Shown here one piece after another: positions 1-9,040 of a DNA stretch of 50,710 bases. Origin of the DNA: an uncultured Tepidisphaeraceae bacterium. Lineage in GTDB: Bacteria > Planctomycetota > Phycisphaerae > Tepidisphaerales > Tepidisphaeraceae. Below the pieces are notes generated by a model that was not told the origin of the DNA, searched no databases, and saw only the letters and a list, made by a program, of their open reading frames with translations. Made by a program: the position numbers and the translations under genes. Every line of letters starts with the position of its first letter. The first letter of the stretch is position 1. The stretch spans positions 281 through 50,990 of the forward strand of contig CAZBOE010000008.1 in NCBI GenBank assembly GCA_964493365.1, read 5' to 3'.

Positions 1-345
1 GAACTGATCACCACCGAGGGCGATGGCGCGTCGGTCCGCGTGAGGCTGACCCGCCGCGGCGAGATCGAAGCCCGACGGGTCGTGCGCAATCACCGGCTTT
101 GGGAGATCTATCTGATCAGCCATGCCGATGTCGCCCCGTCTCATGTCGATCGCGGCGCCGACCTGATCGAACACGTGCTCGCGCCCGACCTGATCGAGCG
201 GCTCGAAGACCTGCTCAAAGAGCACGACGCCCGGCGTGTCCCGCCCACGCCGCACCAACTCGCCAGCACGGCCCGGGTGGCCGCCGACGTCAGGGGCGGG
301 CCCGCTGCCGGCGCGGCGTCGCAGCGATCGGAGGTGTCGCCATGA
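1..345 (+). CDS. DtxR/MntR-family metal-dependent regulator domain, 5'-truncated by the window edge. It could be a stand-alone repressor or the C-terminal domain of a fused permease like the next gene.
   Basis: Frame 1 is open from base 1. The translation ...RLTRRGEIEARRVVRNHRLWEIYLISHADV...DLIEHVL resembles the DtxR helix/dimerisation region (RxHRLxExFL...EH). The TGA stop at 343-345 overlaps the next ATG (ATGA). Confidence 0.6.
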   Translation, partial: ELITTEGDGASVRVRLTRRGEIEARRVVRNHRLWEIYLISHADVAPSHVDRGADLIEHVLAPDLIERLEDLLKEHDARRVPPTPHQLASTARVAADVRGGPAAGAASQRSEVSP

Positions 346-1658
346 CCGCATTCGACTGGTGGATTCTCGCGATCGCCTTCATGAGCGCCGCGGCCTGCGC
401 GGTGCTGGGCAACTTCCTCGTGCTCCGCAGGCTCAGCATGATGGGCGATGCCATCAGCCATGCGGTGCTCCCGGGGCTGGTGATGGCGTTTGTGCTGACC
501 AGCAGCCGCAACCCGCTGCCGATGTTCATCGGCGCCGCCGCCGTCGGCATTCTCACGGCCCTGCTGACACAGTGGGTCAACCGCTTCGGCAAGGTCGATG
601 AGTCGGCATCGATGGGCGTCGTCTTCACCTCGCTGTTCGCCCTGGGGCTGGTCATGATCAACCTGCTGCCCGGGCTGGGTCGGCTCGATATCGACCCCGA
701 GTGCGTCCTTTATGGCGCGATCGAGACCGCCGCCCTGGCGCTGCCCGGCGATGCATGGCTCATCGGCGGCGTGCTGGTCCCGCCCGCGGCCCTCAACCTG
801 GCGATCGTGCTCGCGGTCAACCTCGCGGTCGTGGGGGCGCTCTACAAAGAGTTCAAGATCAGCAGCTTCGATCCGGAGCTGGCTACCTCGCTCGGCATCC
901 ACGCCGGGTTCATGCATTACCTGCTCATGACCCTCGTCGCCGTGACAGCGGTGGCAAGCTTCGAGGCTGTCGGCTCGATCCTGGTCATCGCCATGCTGAT
1001 CGTGCCCGCGGCCGCCGCCCACCTGCTGACCGACCGGCTCGGCGTGATGGTGGGCCTGAGCCTCGTCGTCGCCGCCGCCAGCGCGATCGGCGGATTCACG
1101 CTGGCAACGAAGCTGCCCCAGTGGACAGGCACCCTCTGGCTGGAAACCAATGTCGCAGGCATGATGGCCGCCGTTTCGGGCGTCGTCTTCGCAGGCGCCA
1201 TGCTCCTTTCGCCCAGGTATGGGGTCATCTCGCGGCTGGCGGCGCGATGGTCGCTGTCGACCCGCATCGCCACCGAAGACGCGCTGGGCACACTGATCCG
1301 CCGCGAGGAAGAGCAGGGCGGTCGGGTGGTGTTGTCGTGGCGGCGGCTGATTCGATCGGCCGGCGCGGGCCCGATCCTCTCTCGACTGGCGCTGCGCCGG
1401 CTCCTTCAACGCCGACAGGTCGAATCGTCGCCGGAAGGGCTGGCCCTCACCGATCAGGGTCGCGCCGATGCCACCGATCTCCTGCGCACGCACCGGCTAT
1501 GGGAGACCTACCTTGTCGAGGCGGCAGGCACCCGGCCCGACCACACCCACAGCACCGCCGAAAAACTGGAACACGTCACGTCGCAGGAAATGAAATCCAA
1601 GCTCCGCGAAGACGCCCCCGCCAGCGGCCAGGATCCGCACGGCCGGCCGATTCCATGA
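342..1658 (+). CDS. Metal (Mn/Zn/Fe) ABC transporter permease (ABC-3 / TroCD-MntB-ZnuB type) fused to a C-terminal DtxR-like regulator domain
   Basis: MTAFDWWILAIAFMSAAACAVLGNFLVLRRLSMMGDAISHAVLPG is a typical ABC-3 permease N-terminus, followed by multiple hydrophobic TM segments. The C-terminal ~155 aa contain LLRTHRLWETYLVEAAG...AEKLEHV...DPHGRPIP (DtxR-type motifs). The ATG at 342 overlaps the upstream stop. Confidence 0.8.
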   Translation: MTAFDWWILAIAFMSAAACAVLGNFLVLRRLSMMGDAISHAVLPGLVMAFVLTSSRNPLPMFIGAAAVGILTALLTQWVNRFGKVDESASMGVVFTSLFALGLVMINLLPGLGRLDIDPECVLYGAIETAALALPGDAWLIGGVLVPPAALNLAIVLAVNLAVVGALYKEFKISSFDPELATSLGIHAGFMHYLLMTLVAVTAVASFEAVGSILVIAMLIVPAAAAHLLTDRLGVMVGLSLVVAAASAIGGFTLATKLPQWTGTLWLETNVAGMMAAVSGVVFAGAMLLSPRYGVISRLAARWSLSTRIATEDALGTLIRREEEQGGRVVLSWRRLIRSAGAGPILSRLALRRLLQRRQVESSPEGLALTDQGRADATDLLRTHRLWETYLVEAAGTRPDHTHSTAEKLEHVTSQEMKSKLREDAPASGQDPHGRPIP

Positions 1659-1739
1659 AGCCCAGCCGCATGAGCCCGGAGCCGCTCGATTCGCCGCGGC
1701 ATGGCGCAGGCCGCCAAGACCGCGACGAGCCGACAGCGC

Positions 1740-1776
<37 letters not shown>

Positions 1777-1833
1777 CGCCAGCCCACATCCGTCGCCCGG
1801 CGTCGCCCTGTATCACGCGGCCGCTCGGCATGC

Positions 1834-2700
1834 TCATCGCGTTCGCCCGCTCTTCGCTGCGCGATCTGTGTGCTTTGCCCCTTTGCGTCCTTTGTCGCCG
1901 CCACGCTTCATGATCGTCCGAAGCGCGCGCCCGCAGATGCGTTTGGTTTCAGTGCCCGATGATTCCCGCATCCAGCGGTCGCAGACCGACTTCACCCACG
2001 CCGGCTTCGACTTCGATGCGTCGTTGAGCCAGTTGGCCACCGAATCCTGCACATACTTCGCGGGGTCGCCGCACAGCGGCTCAAGCAGCGGAAGGCCGAT
2101 CGACGGCTCATCGACCAGCTCGGGGATCATCGTCGTCCAGACCCCGCGTGGCCGGGTTGATTCGGTGGCAAAGCGCCGGATGGCCGCGCTGGGGCTGGCC
2201 GTCCACGGCGTCAGCAGCGCGAGGGCTTGCCGGATGTCGGCCGCCAGGTGAGGGCGGATCGCCATCCACGCCCACTCGCGCACGCCCATGTGCGGGTCAT
2301 CCGCAAACGGTCGGACAAGCTCCAGGCGCGCCTCCAGCGAGAGCCCTTCGCCCCGCACCATCGCATAACACGCCCAGCCCCGCGCGGTGTCGCTGAGCGA
2401 TCGCGCCAGCGGCCTCACCAGCTTGTGCGGATACCCTGCCAATATCCGGCCGGCCAGATCCATCCGCCGCGTGATGCCAAGCTGCGCCGCCTCATCCAGC
2501 CGCGCGAGATCGCCTGCCGACACAAACGGCGCCACGGCCTTCATCAGCACCGCAAAATCAATCGTGAGCATGTCGGCCAGGTTGACCGACTCGGCCGTGC
2601 CCGCACACATCGCCGCCCGGTGTGCCGCGGGCACGCCCGCCAGCGATGACCGCTTGGCCACGCCCACACCCGGCTTCACGTTCGCCGCCGATCTGGGCAT
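1834..2700 (-). CDS. DNA alkylation repair family protein (AlkD-like HEAT-repeat, PF08713-like)
   Basis: DPHMGVREWAWMAIRPHL, RFATESTRPRGVW and DPAKYVQDSVANWLNDASK are characteristic of the AlkD-like family. GAGGAG lies 8 nt upstream of the ATG at 2700. Confidence 0.75.
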   Translation of the reverse strand: MPRSAANVKPGVGVAKRSSLAGVPAAHRAAMCAGTAESVNLADMLTIDFAVLMKAVAPFVSAGDLARLDEAAQLGITRRMDLAGRILAGYPHKLVRPLARSLSDTARGWACYAMVRGEGLSLEARLELVRPFADDPHMGVREWAWMAIRPHLAADIRQALALLTPWTASPSAAIRRFATESTRPRGVWTTMIPELVDEPSIGLPLLEPLCGDPAKYVQDSVANWLNDASKSKPAWVKSVCDRWMRESSGTETKRICGRALRTIMKRGGDKGRKGAKHTDRAAKSGRTR

Positions 2701-2728
2701 AGACGGGTCTCCTCAATCTGCCGGCCGC

Positions 2729-3478
2729 TCAGAGGGTCGCAAGCCGCAGCCTGACCAGCAGGTCGCTCAGTCCGGCCTGCGCCGTGGGCAACTCCGGCAG
2801 CGTCGATTCGTTCATTTCCTGCTCAAGACACGACACCAGCCGACGATACTCCGCCTCATGAAACGGCATGTCGGCGGCGTCAAGCGTACCTTGCTCGGGC
2901 CCGCCCAGCTTCCGCGCGATGAGGTCGGAAATGTAGCCGAGCCTGTACACCTCATTGAGGTGAACCAGGTTGGCCTCGACCACGTGTGCCCGCATGAGGT
3001 GTATCCCGGTCAGCAGCACACGATAGGTATAGAGCAGCGGCTTCACCCGCGGCCGCTCTTCCTTGGCAAACAGCTTCCACTGCGTCTGGGCGAAACCGAG
3101 ATAGTGATGAGCATGGAAGCGGGTGAGGCACTGCCGCGAAAGCTCGATCAACTCGCGATGCGCCTCGGTCGTGCGCAGCACGATCGGCGAGAGCAGTTGC
3201 TCCAGCACATAACCATTCTTCTTGAGCATCATCGCCATGAACTTCGCCAGGTCGTGCGTCACCAGATCGACCTCCAGCCCCTGTTCGACGGTCGATACCT
3301 CGATCGTGTCCTGCCGCGCATGAAGCCCGAGCGCCTCGCACGCCGGCACGACGTGCGTGCCGCGCAGGTCATAGTCAGAGTCGGGCGACGGAAAGCCATA
3401 AAGGTGGGCGCCGCTGACGGTCAGGAAGACCAGCGGATAGGGCTGTGCCGCGATGATCGGATCGAGACGGACATCCAT
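2729..3478 (-). CDS. Pol-beta superfamily nucleotidyltransferase, PF10127 (RlaP/YcgL-like) family
   Basis: The N-terminal VSGAHLYGFPSPDSDYDLRG matches the G[SG]-x-YG...DxD NTase active-site pattern. It is followed by a helical C-terminal domain typical of the family. It is a paralogue of the upstream gene. Confidence 0.7.
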   Translation of the reverse strand: MDVRLDPIIAAQPYPLVFLTVSGAHLYGFPSPDSDYDLRGTHVVPACEALGLHARQDTIEVSTVEQGLEVDLVTHDLAKFMAMMLKKNGYVLEQLLSPIVLRTTEAHRELIELSRQCLTRFHAHHYLGFAQTQWKLFAKEERPRVKPLLYTYRVLLTGIHLMRAHVVEANLVHLNEVYRLGYISDLIARKLGGPEQGTLDAADMPFHEAEYRRLVSCLEQEMNESTLPELPTAQAGLSDLLVRLRLATL

Positions 3479-3493
3479 TCCCGCATCGTCGAT

Positions 3494-4630
3494 TCACGGC
3501 AGCCCATCGGCAAGTGCCGCGCGCCGAGCGTCGATCAGCAGCCCATTGGCGCCGCGATAGTCGGGCTGATCGGGCAGCGAGGTCGCGGCGGCCGCCTCGT
3601 CTAACTCCCGGTGAAGCGAAAGCCGCCAGCGGTCGATCTCGTCAAGCGGCCGCTCGCCCCGGCGAATGGCCAGTAGCGCATCACGCAGGGCAGGGTCCAC
3701 CGCCACCGGCACATAACCCTCCCTGAGCACGACAATGCCTGAATGCAACAGGCGGATCAGGTGCATCACGTGCTTCCATTTGGGCTCGCCGCGGTGGCTC
3801 AGATCGGCGTTGAGCTTGCGAAACTGGCTAAGCACGTATCCGTTGTAGGTCTGATAGACCAGCCGAGAGAGAAACTTCGATCGCACCTCGATCAGCCGAC
3901 GACCCAGAGGCGTTGCGAACTCGACGATCGGCGAGTAAAGCACCTCCAGCACGTTCGGGTTGGCCTTGAGCGCCAGCACGATGAACTTCTGCAACTCCCA
4001 ATAGGTTTCCTGCGCTGCGTCGTTGTCGATCTGCTCGGGCGTGCCAGAGAGCGACCAGTGCTGCTCCGCCGTCGGCAGGTAGACGCCGCGCCGGTCGGTA
4101 TCGGATGCCTCGGTCGCCAGACCGTAAGCGCGCGACCCGATGACCGCGCGGACAATGACACGATCCATCAAGCCCGACGCGGCAATGGTCATGCTCCCCC
4201 CGGCGGCGTCGGCCAGGTAATGCGATTGCACCGCCATCTCATGCCGCATCAGCGACGCCTCACGCCCATCGACAAACCGCACGCGATAGGCATGCACCAG
4301 GTCGGCCGGTGCCCGGACGATCAACCCCACGACGCCGCGCGTATGCACCACCTGTCCCTGCTCGCCGCGAACATCGATCAGCGCGACAACCTGCGTGCCG
4401 GTCGGCAGGATCGCCGGAAGCGTCGCCGGATCGCTCGGCCGCACCGATACACCACGCACATCGACGTGACCTGCCGCCGGCAAATCACTCGCCGGCAACA
4501 AATCACCCGGCGCTGCCGCAACACTCGCCACCGGCCCATCCACTGACACGCACGCATCACCCTGCTCCATCGCATTTCTTTGCGCCGGCGCAATTCTTTG
4601 CACTGGTGAATCGTCGTGCGAAGCAGCCAT
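3494..4630 (-). CDS. PF10127 (RlaP/YcgL-like) nucleotidyltransferase with a ~150-aa unassigned N-terminal extension
   Basis: IGSRAYGLATEASDTDRRGVYLP is an NTase motif. The downstream WELQKFIVLALKANPNVLEVLYSP...YNGYVLSQF aligns by eye with the shorter paralogue. The start codon is uncertain. Confidence 0.7.
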   Translation of the reverse strand: MAASHDDSPVQRIAPAQRNAMEQGDACVSVDGPVASVAAAPGDLLPASDLPAAGHVDVRGVSVRPSDPATLPAILPTGTQVVALIDVRGEQGQVVHTRGVVGLIVRAPADLVHAYRVRFVDGREASLMRHEMAVQSHYLADAAGGSMTIAASGLMDRVIVRAVIGSRAYGLATEASDTDRRGVYLPTAEQHWSLSGTPEQIDNDAAQETYWELQKFIVLALKANPNVLEVLYSPIVEFATPLGRRLIEVRSKFLSRLVYQTYNGYVLSQFRKLNADLSHRGEPKWKHVMHLIRLLHSGIVVLREGYVPVAVDPALRDALLAIRRGERPLDEIDRWRLSLHRELDEAAAATSLPDQPDYRGANGLLIDARRAALADGLP

Positions 4631-4725
4631 GACCGCGTTATACCGCCACCGCCGCGCGATATCTCGGGCTTGCGTCGCTTCGCCGCCGCCCGCCGATCGG
4701 GCACATCCTCTTGCTTGGCGATAGA

Positions 4726-5757
4726 ATGGCGGCCATGAGCGAAACGCGCGACCGCGGAGAAAAGTTGCCCGTCGGGGTCATCGGCACAGGCCGCATGGGC
4801 CGGCTGCATACGCGGGTCTATTCGCAGATGCCCCAGGTCAGGCTCGTCGGCGTGCACGACGCAAACACCGAGTCGGCCGAGACCGTCGCGGGCGAATTCG
4901 ACACCGCCGCGCTCGGGCTCGATGAGCTGCTCGAGCGGGTCAAGGCCGTCACGATCGCCACGCCGACACAATTCCACCTCGACACCGCCCGCCGGGCGAT
5001 CGAGCGCGGCGTCGCCTGCCTGATCGAAAAGCCGCTTGCCCGCAATGTCGATGAATGCCGCGAGATCGCCTCGCTGGCGAGCCGGCACAACGTCGCGGTC
5101 CAGGTCGGCCACATCGAACGCTTCAACCCCGCCGTCCGCGCCATGACCGAGCTCGGTGTGCGTCCGAGGTTCATCGAGGTCACGCGGATCAGCCCGCTGA
5201 CGTTCCGCTCGATCGATGTCGGCGTCGTGCTCGACATGATGATCCACGATATCGACATCGTGCAGTGGCTTGCCGGCTCACCCGTCAAGAGCATCGACGC
5301 CACCGGCGTCTCGGTCATCGGCGATGTCGAAGACGTCTGCAACTGCCGCCTGCGATTCGAAAATGGCTGCGTCGCCAACCTCACCGCCTCGCGCCTGGCC
5401 CTCAAGACCGAGCGGCGGCTCCGCGTGTTTTCGCCCGACGCCTACGTCTCCCTCGACTACCAGAAAAAATACGGCATCGTCGCCCGCCGCGGCGGCAACC
5501 TCTCGGCCATCCGCAGCGCCGTGCAGAAAATCCGCTCGGGCGAAATCACCGACCTTTCCCAGCTCAACTATGCCGAGCTGATCTCCGTCGAAGAGCTCAA
5601 GATCGATGACGTCGAACCCCTCCGCGCCGAGCAGGAGTCGTTCGTCGACGCCGTCACCACCGGCCGGCGCCCCACCGTCAACGCCGAAGACGGCCTGGCC
5701 AACGTCGAACTGGCAACCCGCATCGTCGCCGCCATCGAGCCGCAGGAACTGGGCTGA
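4726..5757 (+). CDS. Gfo/Idh/MocA family NAD(P)-dependent oxidoreductase
   Basis: [18 protein letters not shown] is a Rossmann motif, and EKPLA and the C-terminal alpha/beta domain are typical of the family. Alternative starts are 4711 (TTG) and 4735 (ATG). Confidence 0.8.
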   Translation: MAAMSETRDRGEKLPVGVIGTGRMGRLHTRVYSQMPQVRLVGVHDANTESAETVAGEFDTAALGLDELLERVKAVTIATPTQFHLDTARRAIERGVACLIEKPLARNVDECREIASLASRHNVAVQVGHIERFNPAVRAMTELGVRPRFIEVTRISPLTFRSIDVGVVLDMMIHDIDIVQWLAGSPVKSIDATGVSVIGDVEDVCNCRLRFENGCVANLTASRLALKTERRLRVFSPDAYVSLDYQKKYGIVARRGGNLSAIRSAVQKIRSGEITDLSQLNYAELISVEELKIDDVEPLRAEQESFVDAVTTGRRPTVNAEDGLANVELATRIVAAIEPQELG

Positions 5758-5762
5758 CCCGC

Positions 5763-6266
5763 TTGCACAGACTTGCCGCTTGCCCGCCGGAGATATCGCG
5801 ACAACAATGTCGCACAATGACCGGCCGACAGCCCGCAACCCGCTCGACCGCCCCGACGGCAGATCGCCCAAGCGCGGCCCGCCCATCCGCCGACCGCTCA
5901 TTGGCAGAGCGCTCATCGTCAGATCGCCCATCTGCCGAGCGCCCGTCCGCCGACCGCAATCCCGCCCGGCCTCCCGCGCCAGTCGATCCCGGCGCCACCG
6001 TGTGGACCTTCCTCACCAACCATTCCCACGTGCTCGTCTGCCTCGTCAACGATCCCGGCATGCGCATGCGGGATATGGCCACACAGGTCGGCATCACCGA
6101 GCGCGCCGTGCAGCGCATCATCAGCGAGCTCGAGCGGGGCGGCGTCATCGAGCGGGAGCGCGACGGCCGGCGCAACCGCTATCGCATCAACCGCGCGGTG
6201 CCCCTGCGGCATCCGCTCGAGTCCCATCGCACCGTCGGCGACCTGATCGACTCGGTCATGCAGTAG
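5763..6266 (+). CDS. Winged-helix (MarR/ArsR-like) HTH transcriptional regulator; N-terminal extent uncertain
   Basis: The core is [60 protein letters not shown]. The upstream 80 codons are a low-complexity PSADR-like repeat with lower GC3. The alternative GTG start at 6000 would give an 88-aa protein. Confidence 0.6.
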   Translation: MHRLAACPPEISRQQCRTMTGRQPATRSTAPTADRPSAARPSADRSLAERSSSDRPSAERPSADRNPARPPAPVDPGATVWTFLTNHSHVLVCLVNDPGMRMRDMATQVGITERAVQRIISELERGGVIERERDGRRNRYRINRAVPLRHPLESHRTVGDLIDSVMQ

Positions 6267-6560
6267 CGCCCCGCGCCGCCTTCTCTGCCGACCGGCATCG
6301 GCGCTGACTCGCCGATCCGCCCGCCACCGGGCTGCGGGCCTGGGCCGTGGCGGTTCGGTTCGTTGTCGGTGGCAGGGCATCAGGCGCGCCCGGCACTTAC
6401 GGGGTGCCCGATTCCGCCGCGGGCCAAGCGGGGTGACGGTGCAGAGCGTGTGGTGCGCCCGATCCCGCGGCGGCGCAGATCGGCCTGCCCGGCAGATCAG
6501 GTTGTCTCGCCCACTTCGGCGTTGTTTCGAGTGGCGGGGGTGATACAGTTCGGCCGACCT

Positions 6561-8141
6561 ATGCAACGATACGTCCTGCTGGTTTTGTTTGCGGTGCTGC
6601 TGGTGGTGCCCTTTCTGCTCAGCTATTCGCTGAGGCGGCAGGACGCCGCGCCCGCCGCGGTCAGTGGTCCGCAGGTGAGCCTGACGGTCATCACGCCGCA
6701 CAACGCCGACATCCGCAACGAATTCGAGCGGGCCTTCGACCGCTGGCACCGCGAGCGTTTCGGCCAGTCGGTCGATGTGGTCTACCTCACGCCCGGCGGC
6801 ACGCTCGACATCAAGCGCCAGCTCGAAACCACCTATCGCGCCCACACCGTCGAAGGATCGCTCGACCCAAACTTCCGCCCCGACATCCACATCGTCTGGG
6901 GTGGCGGCGACTTCTTCTTCAACAGTGAGCTCAAGCCGCTCAAGGTTCTTCAGCCGCTTCAGGTTTCGCCGACCGTCATCGCCGAGGCGTTTCCCGAACA
7001 GTCGCTCGCGGGAGTTCGCCTCCACGACGGCGGCAAAGATCTCTCGGCCGAGCCGCCCCATTGGGTGGGCGTCTGCCTCAGCAGCTTCGGTATCGTCTAC
7101 AACCCCGCGCTCACCGCCGCGCTGGGCATGCACGAGCCCCAGACCTGGCGCGATCTGGCCGACCCGCGGCTGGCGGGCCTCGTCGCGCTGGCCAACCCCG
7201 GCTCGTCGGGCTCGGCTTCGGTCGGATACATGATGGTGCTCCAGCGCCACATGGCCGATGCGGAAGAGGCGTTTCTCGCCGCCCACCCCGAGCTGGCCGC
7301 CAGGGGCAAGGCCGAGTACGCCAAAGACCCCGCCTACCAGAAGGCCATTGCCCAAGGCTGGCACGACGGCATGTCGACCCTCGTGCGCATCGCCGCCAAC
7401 GCACGCTACTTCACCGACTCGGCCACGCAGGTCCCCAACGACGTCGGCCTGGGCGATGCCGCCGCCGGCGTGGCGATCGACTTCTATGGCCGCGTCTTTC
7501 AGGAAACCCTCGGCAGCGACCGCGTCCGCTTTGTTTCGCCCCGTGCCTCAACCGCCATCACCCCCGACCCCGTCGCCGTGCTGGCCGGCGTCGATGGCGA
7601 AAAGCGCGAGCTGGCCAATCGCTTTGTCGAGTTCCTGCTGACCGAGCAGGCCCAACTCCTGTGGATCAAGAAGGGCGGCACTCCGGGCGGCCCCACCGAG
7701 CGGGCGCTGCGCCGCCCGCCCATCAGGCAGAGCGTCTACGCCGCCGACCGAAGTGACTGGACCGACCAGGCCAACCCGTTCGAGTTTGCCGGCGGATTCA
7801 ACCAGCGCGGCGAATGGATGGCGACCTTCACCGATGTCCGCCTGATCTGGGCCGCCGCCTGGATCGACGCCCGCGACGCGCTCAAGTCGGCCTACGCCGA
7901 GGTGCTCGCCGTCGATGACGAAACCCGCCGCGCCGACCTGATCCGCCGCCTCAGCGACCTGCCGATCACACTCGACGACGTGGTCGCGCTCAACGCCGAC
8001 CGCAAGCGCCGTGAGCGTGAAAAAGACGACGTCGATTTCTGGAAGGCCCAGACCCGCATCGCCTGGGCGACCACCTTCCGCCAGCACTACCAGACCGTCG
8101 CCAGAGAAGCACGCACTGCGTCCGTGGCCGGCGCGCGATAG
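6561..8141 (+). CDS. Extracellular solute-binding protein (type 2 periplasmic binding fold) of an ABC transporter; orphan in this window
   Basis: It has an N-terminal signal/anchor (MQRYVLLVLFAVLLVVPFLL). LTVITPHNADIRNEFERAF...VWGGGDFFF...GSSGSAS... resembles iron(III)/polyamine-type SBPs. The ATG at 6561 was chosen within the longer ORF. Confidence 0.7.
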   Translation: MQRYVLLVLFAVLLVVPFLLSYSLRRQDAAPAAVSGPQVSLTVITPHNADIRNEFERAFDRWHRERFGQSVDVVYLTPGGTLDIKRQLETTYRAHTVEGSLDPNFRPDIHIVWGGGDFFFNSELKPLKVLQPLQVSPTVIAEAFPEQSLAGVRLHDGGKDLSAEPPHWVGVCLSSFGIVYNPALTAALGMHEPQTWRDLADPRLAGLVALANPGSSGSASVGYMMVLQRHMADAEEAFLAAHPELAARGKAEYAKDPAYQKAIAQGWHDGMSTLVRIAANARYFTDSATQVPNDVGLGDAAAGVAIDFYGRVFQETLGSDRVRFVSPRASTAITPDPVAVLAGVDGEKRELANRFVEFLLTEQAQLLWIKKGGTPGGPTERALRRPPIRQSVYAADRSDWTDQANPFEFAGGFNQRGEWMATFTDVRLIWAAAWIDARDALKSAYAEVLAVDDETRRADLIRRLSDLPITLDDVVALNADRKRREREKDDVDFWKAQTRIAWATTFRQHYQTVAREARTASVAGAR

Positions 8142-8341
8142 AGCCATCCAGCGCCGTTCCCGTGCGTGGCGCAGAGCGTCAAACGCTGCATCGCGTCTGT
8201 ATCGTGTCCCGTGATGGAGCGCCCGCCCGAGTGCGCTCGATGACCCGGCGTCGCTCACGTCGGAGCGGCACCGCCCGTTTCAACCCGGTCAAGCAGCGAG
8301 AAGCCACCCGGCCGATCGCAGCCTCCCCCCGGCAGGGGGCC

Positions 8342-8719
8342 TTAGGCGACCGCGCTGCGCAACTGCGTCGCGGCCCGACTCAGCATTTGGACCAGGTGAT
8401 CGATGTTGAGCGGCTTGGGCACAAACGCACTCACCCCGGCCGACTGGGCCCGGCTGGTCAGACCGTGATCGGTCGAGCCGGTCATCAGGATCACCGGCGT
8501 CGCATCACCCAGCGACCGCAGCACCGTCGTCATCTGTATGCCATTCATGTCCGGCATCTCGAGGTCGGTGAGGATCACGTCGGGCTGGGTCTGGTGCACC
8601 GCATCGAGCCCGGCTCGGGCGTTGTCGGCAAAGGCCGTGATGGTGAATCCGCTGGCCTGAAGCATCTGGCCGAGGATGTTCATGGATCGGACGTCGTCGT
8701 CGATGAGCACGAGTCGCAT
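8342..8719 (-). CDS. Single-domain response regulator (CheY-like receiver)
   Basis: MRLVLIDDDVRS...PDVILTDLEMPDMNG...FVPKPL carries the acidic pocket, the phospho-acceptor Asp and the conserved Lys. A GGAGG Shine-Dalgarno sequence lies upstream of the ATG at 8719. Confidence 0.85.
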   Translation of the reverse strand: MRLVLIDDDVRSMNILGQMLQASGFTITAFADNARAGLDAVHQTQPDVILTDLEMPDMNGIQMTTVLRSLGDATPVILMTGSTDHGLTSRAQSAGVSAFVPKPLNIDHLVQMLSRAATQLRSAVA

Positions 8720-8993
8720 GACCGATAACCTCCGTCGCGGCAACCCTTGCCGGCCAACGCAGCGGGGCACTGCAATTCCCGCGCCTCCCGCGTCGTCAAA
8801 CCAGAGCCACCGCTAGCCGTTGTGGTGTCAGTGGATCAAGCCCACCATTGATCGGCTCGGCACATCGAAGAAATGGAGTGAAAAATGGCGGAGCAATGCC
8901 CACCCGTCTGAAGCGACATGGGCTGTGCCGATGGCCGCGCCCGTGACCGCAAAAGGCCTATCCCCCGGCGCTCAGGCCGACAGGTACTCTTCC

Positions 8994-9032
8994 GCCCTCC
9001 GCCGGCTGCCCGATGCCCTCCGCCGGCTGCCC
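8994..9032. repeat. Direct repeat of an 18-mer (gccctccgccggctgccc x2, 3-nt spacer) just downstream of the fabI stop
   Basis: Exact copies lie at 8994-9011 and 9015-9032. Confidence 0.9.
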
Positions 9033-9040
9033 ACTCATCC

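Noticed and set aside
6267-6560. A possible cobalamin or other riboswitch upstream of the substrate-binding protein gene.
   Set aside because: I looked for the B12-box and the GGGAA...GGUGAAA.UCC core and for other common aptamer cores. None was recognisable by eye. Only an Rfam scan could find something subtler.
5919-7364. A 481-aa minus-strand ORF spanning the HTH regulator and the SBP gene.
   Set aside because: It has no recognisable motifs and overlaps two better-supported plus-strand genes. Its composition is typical of an antisense frame.
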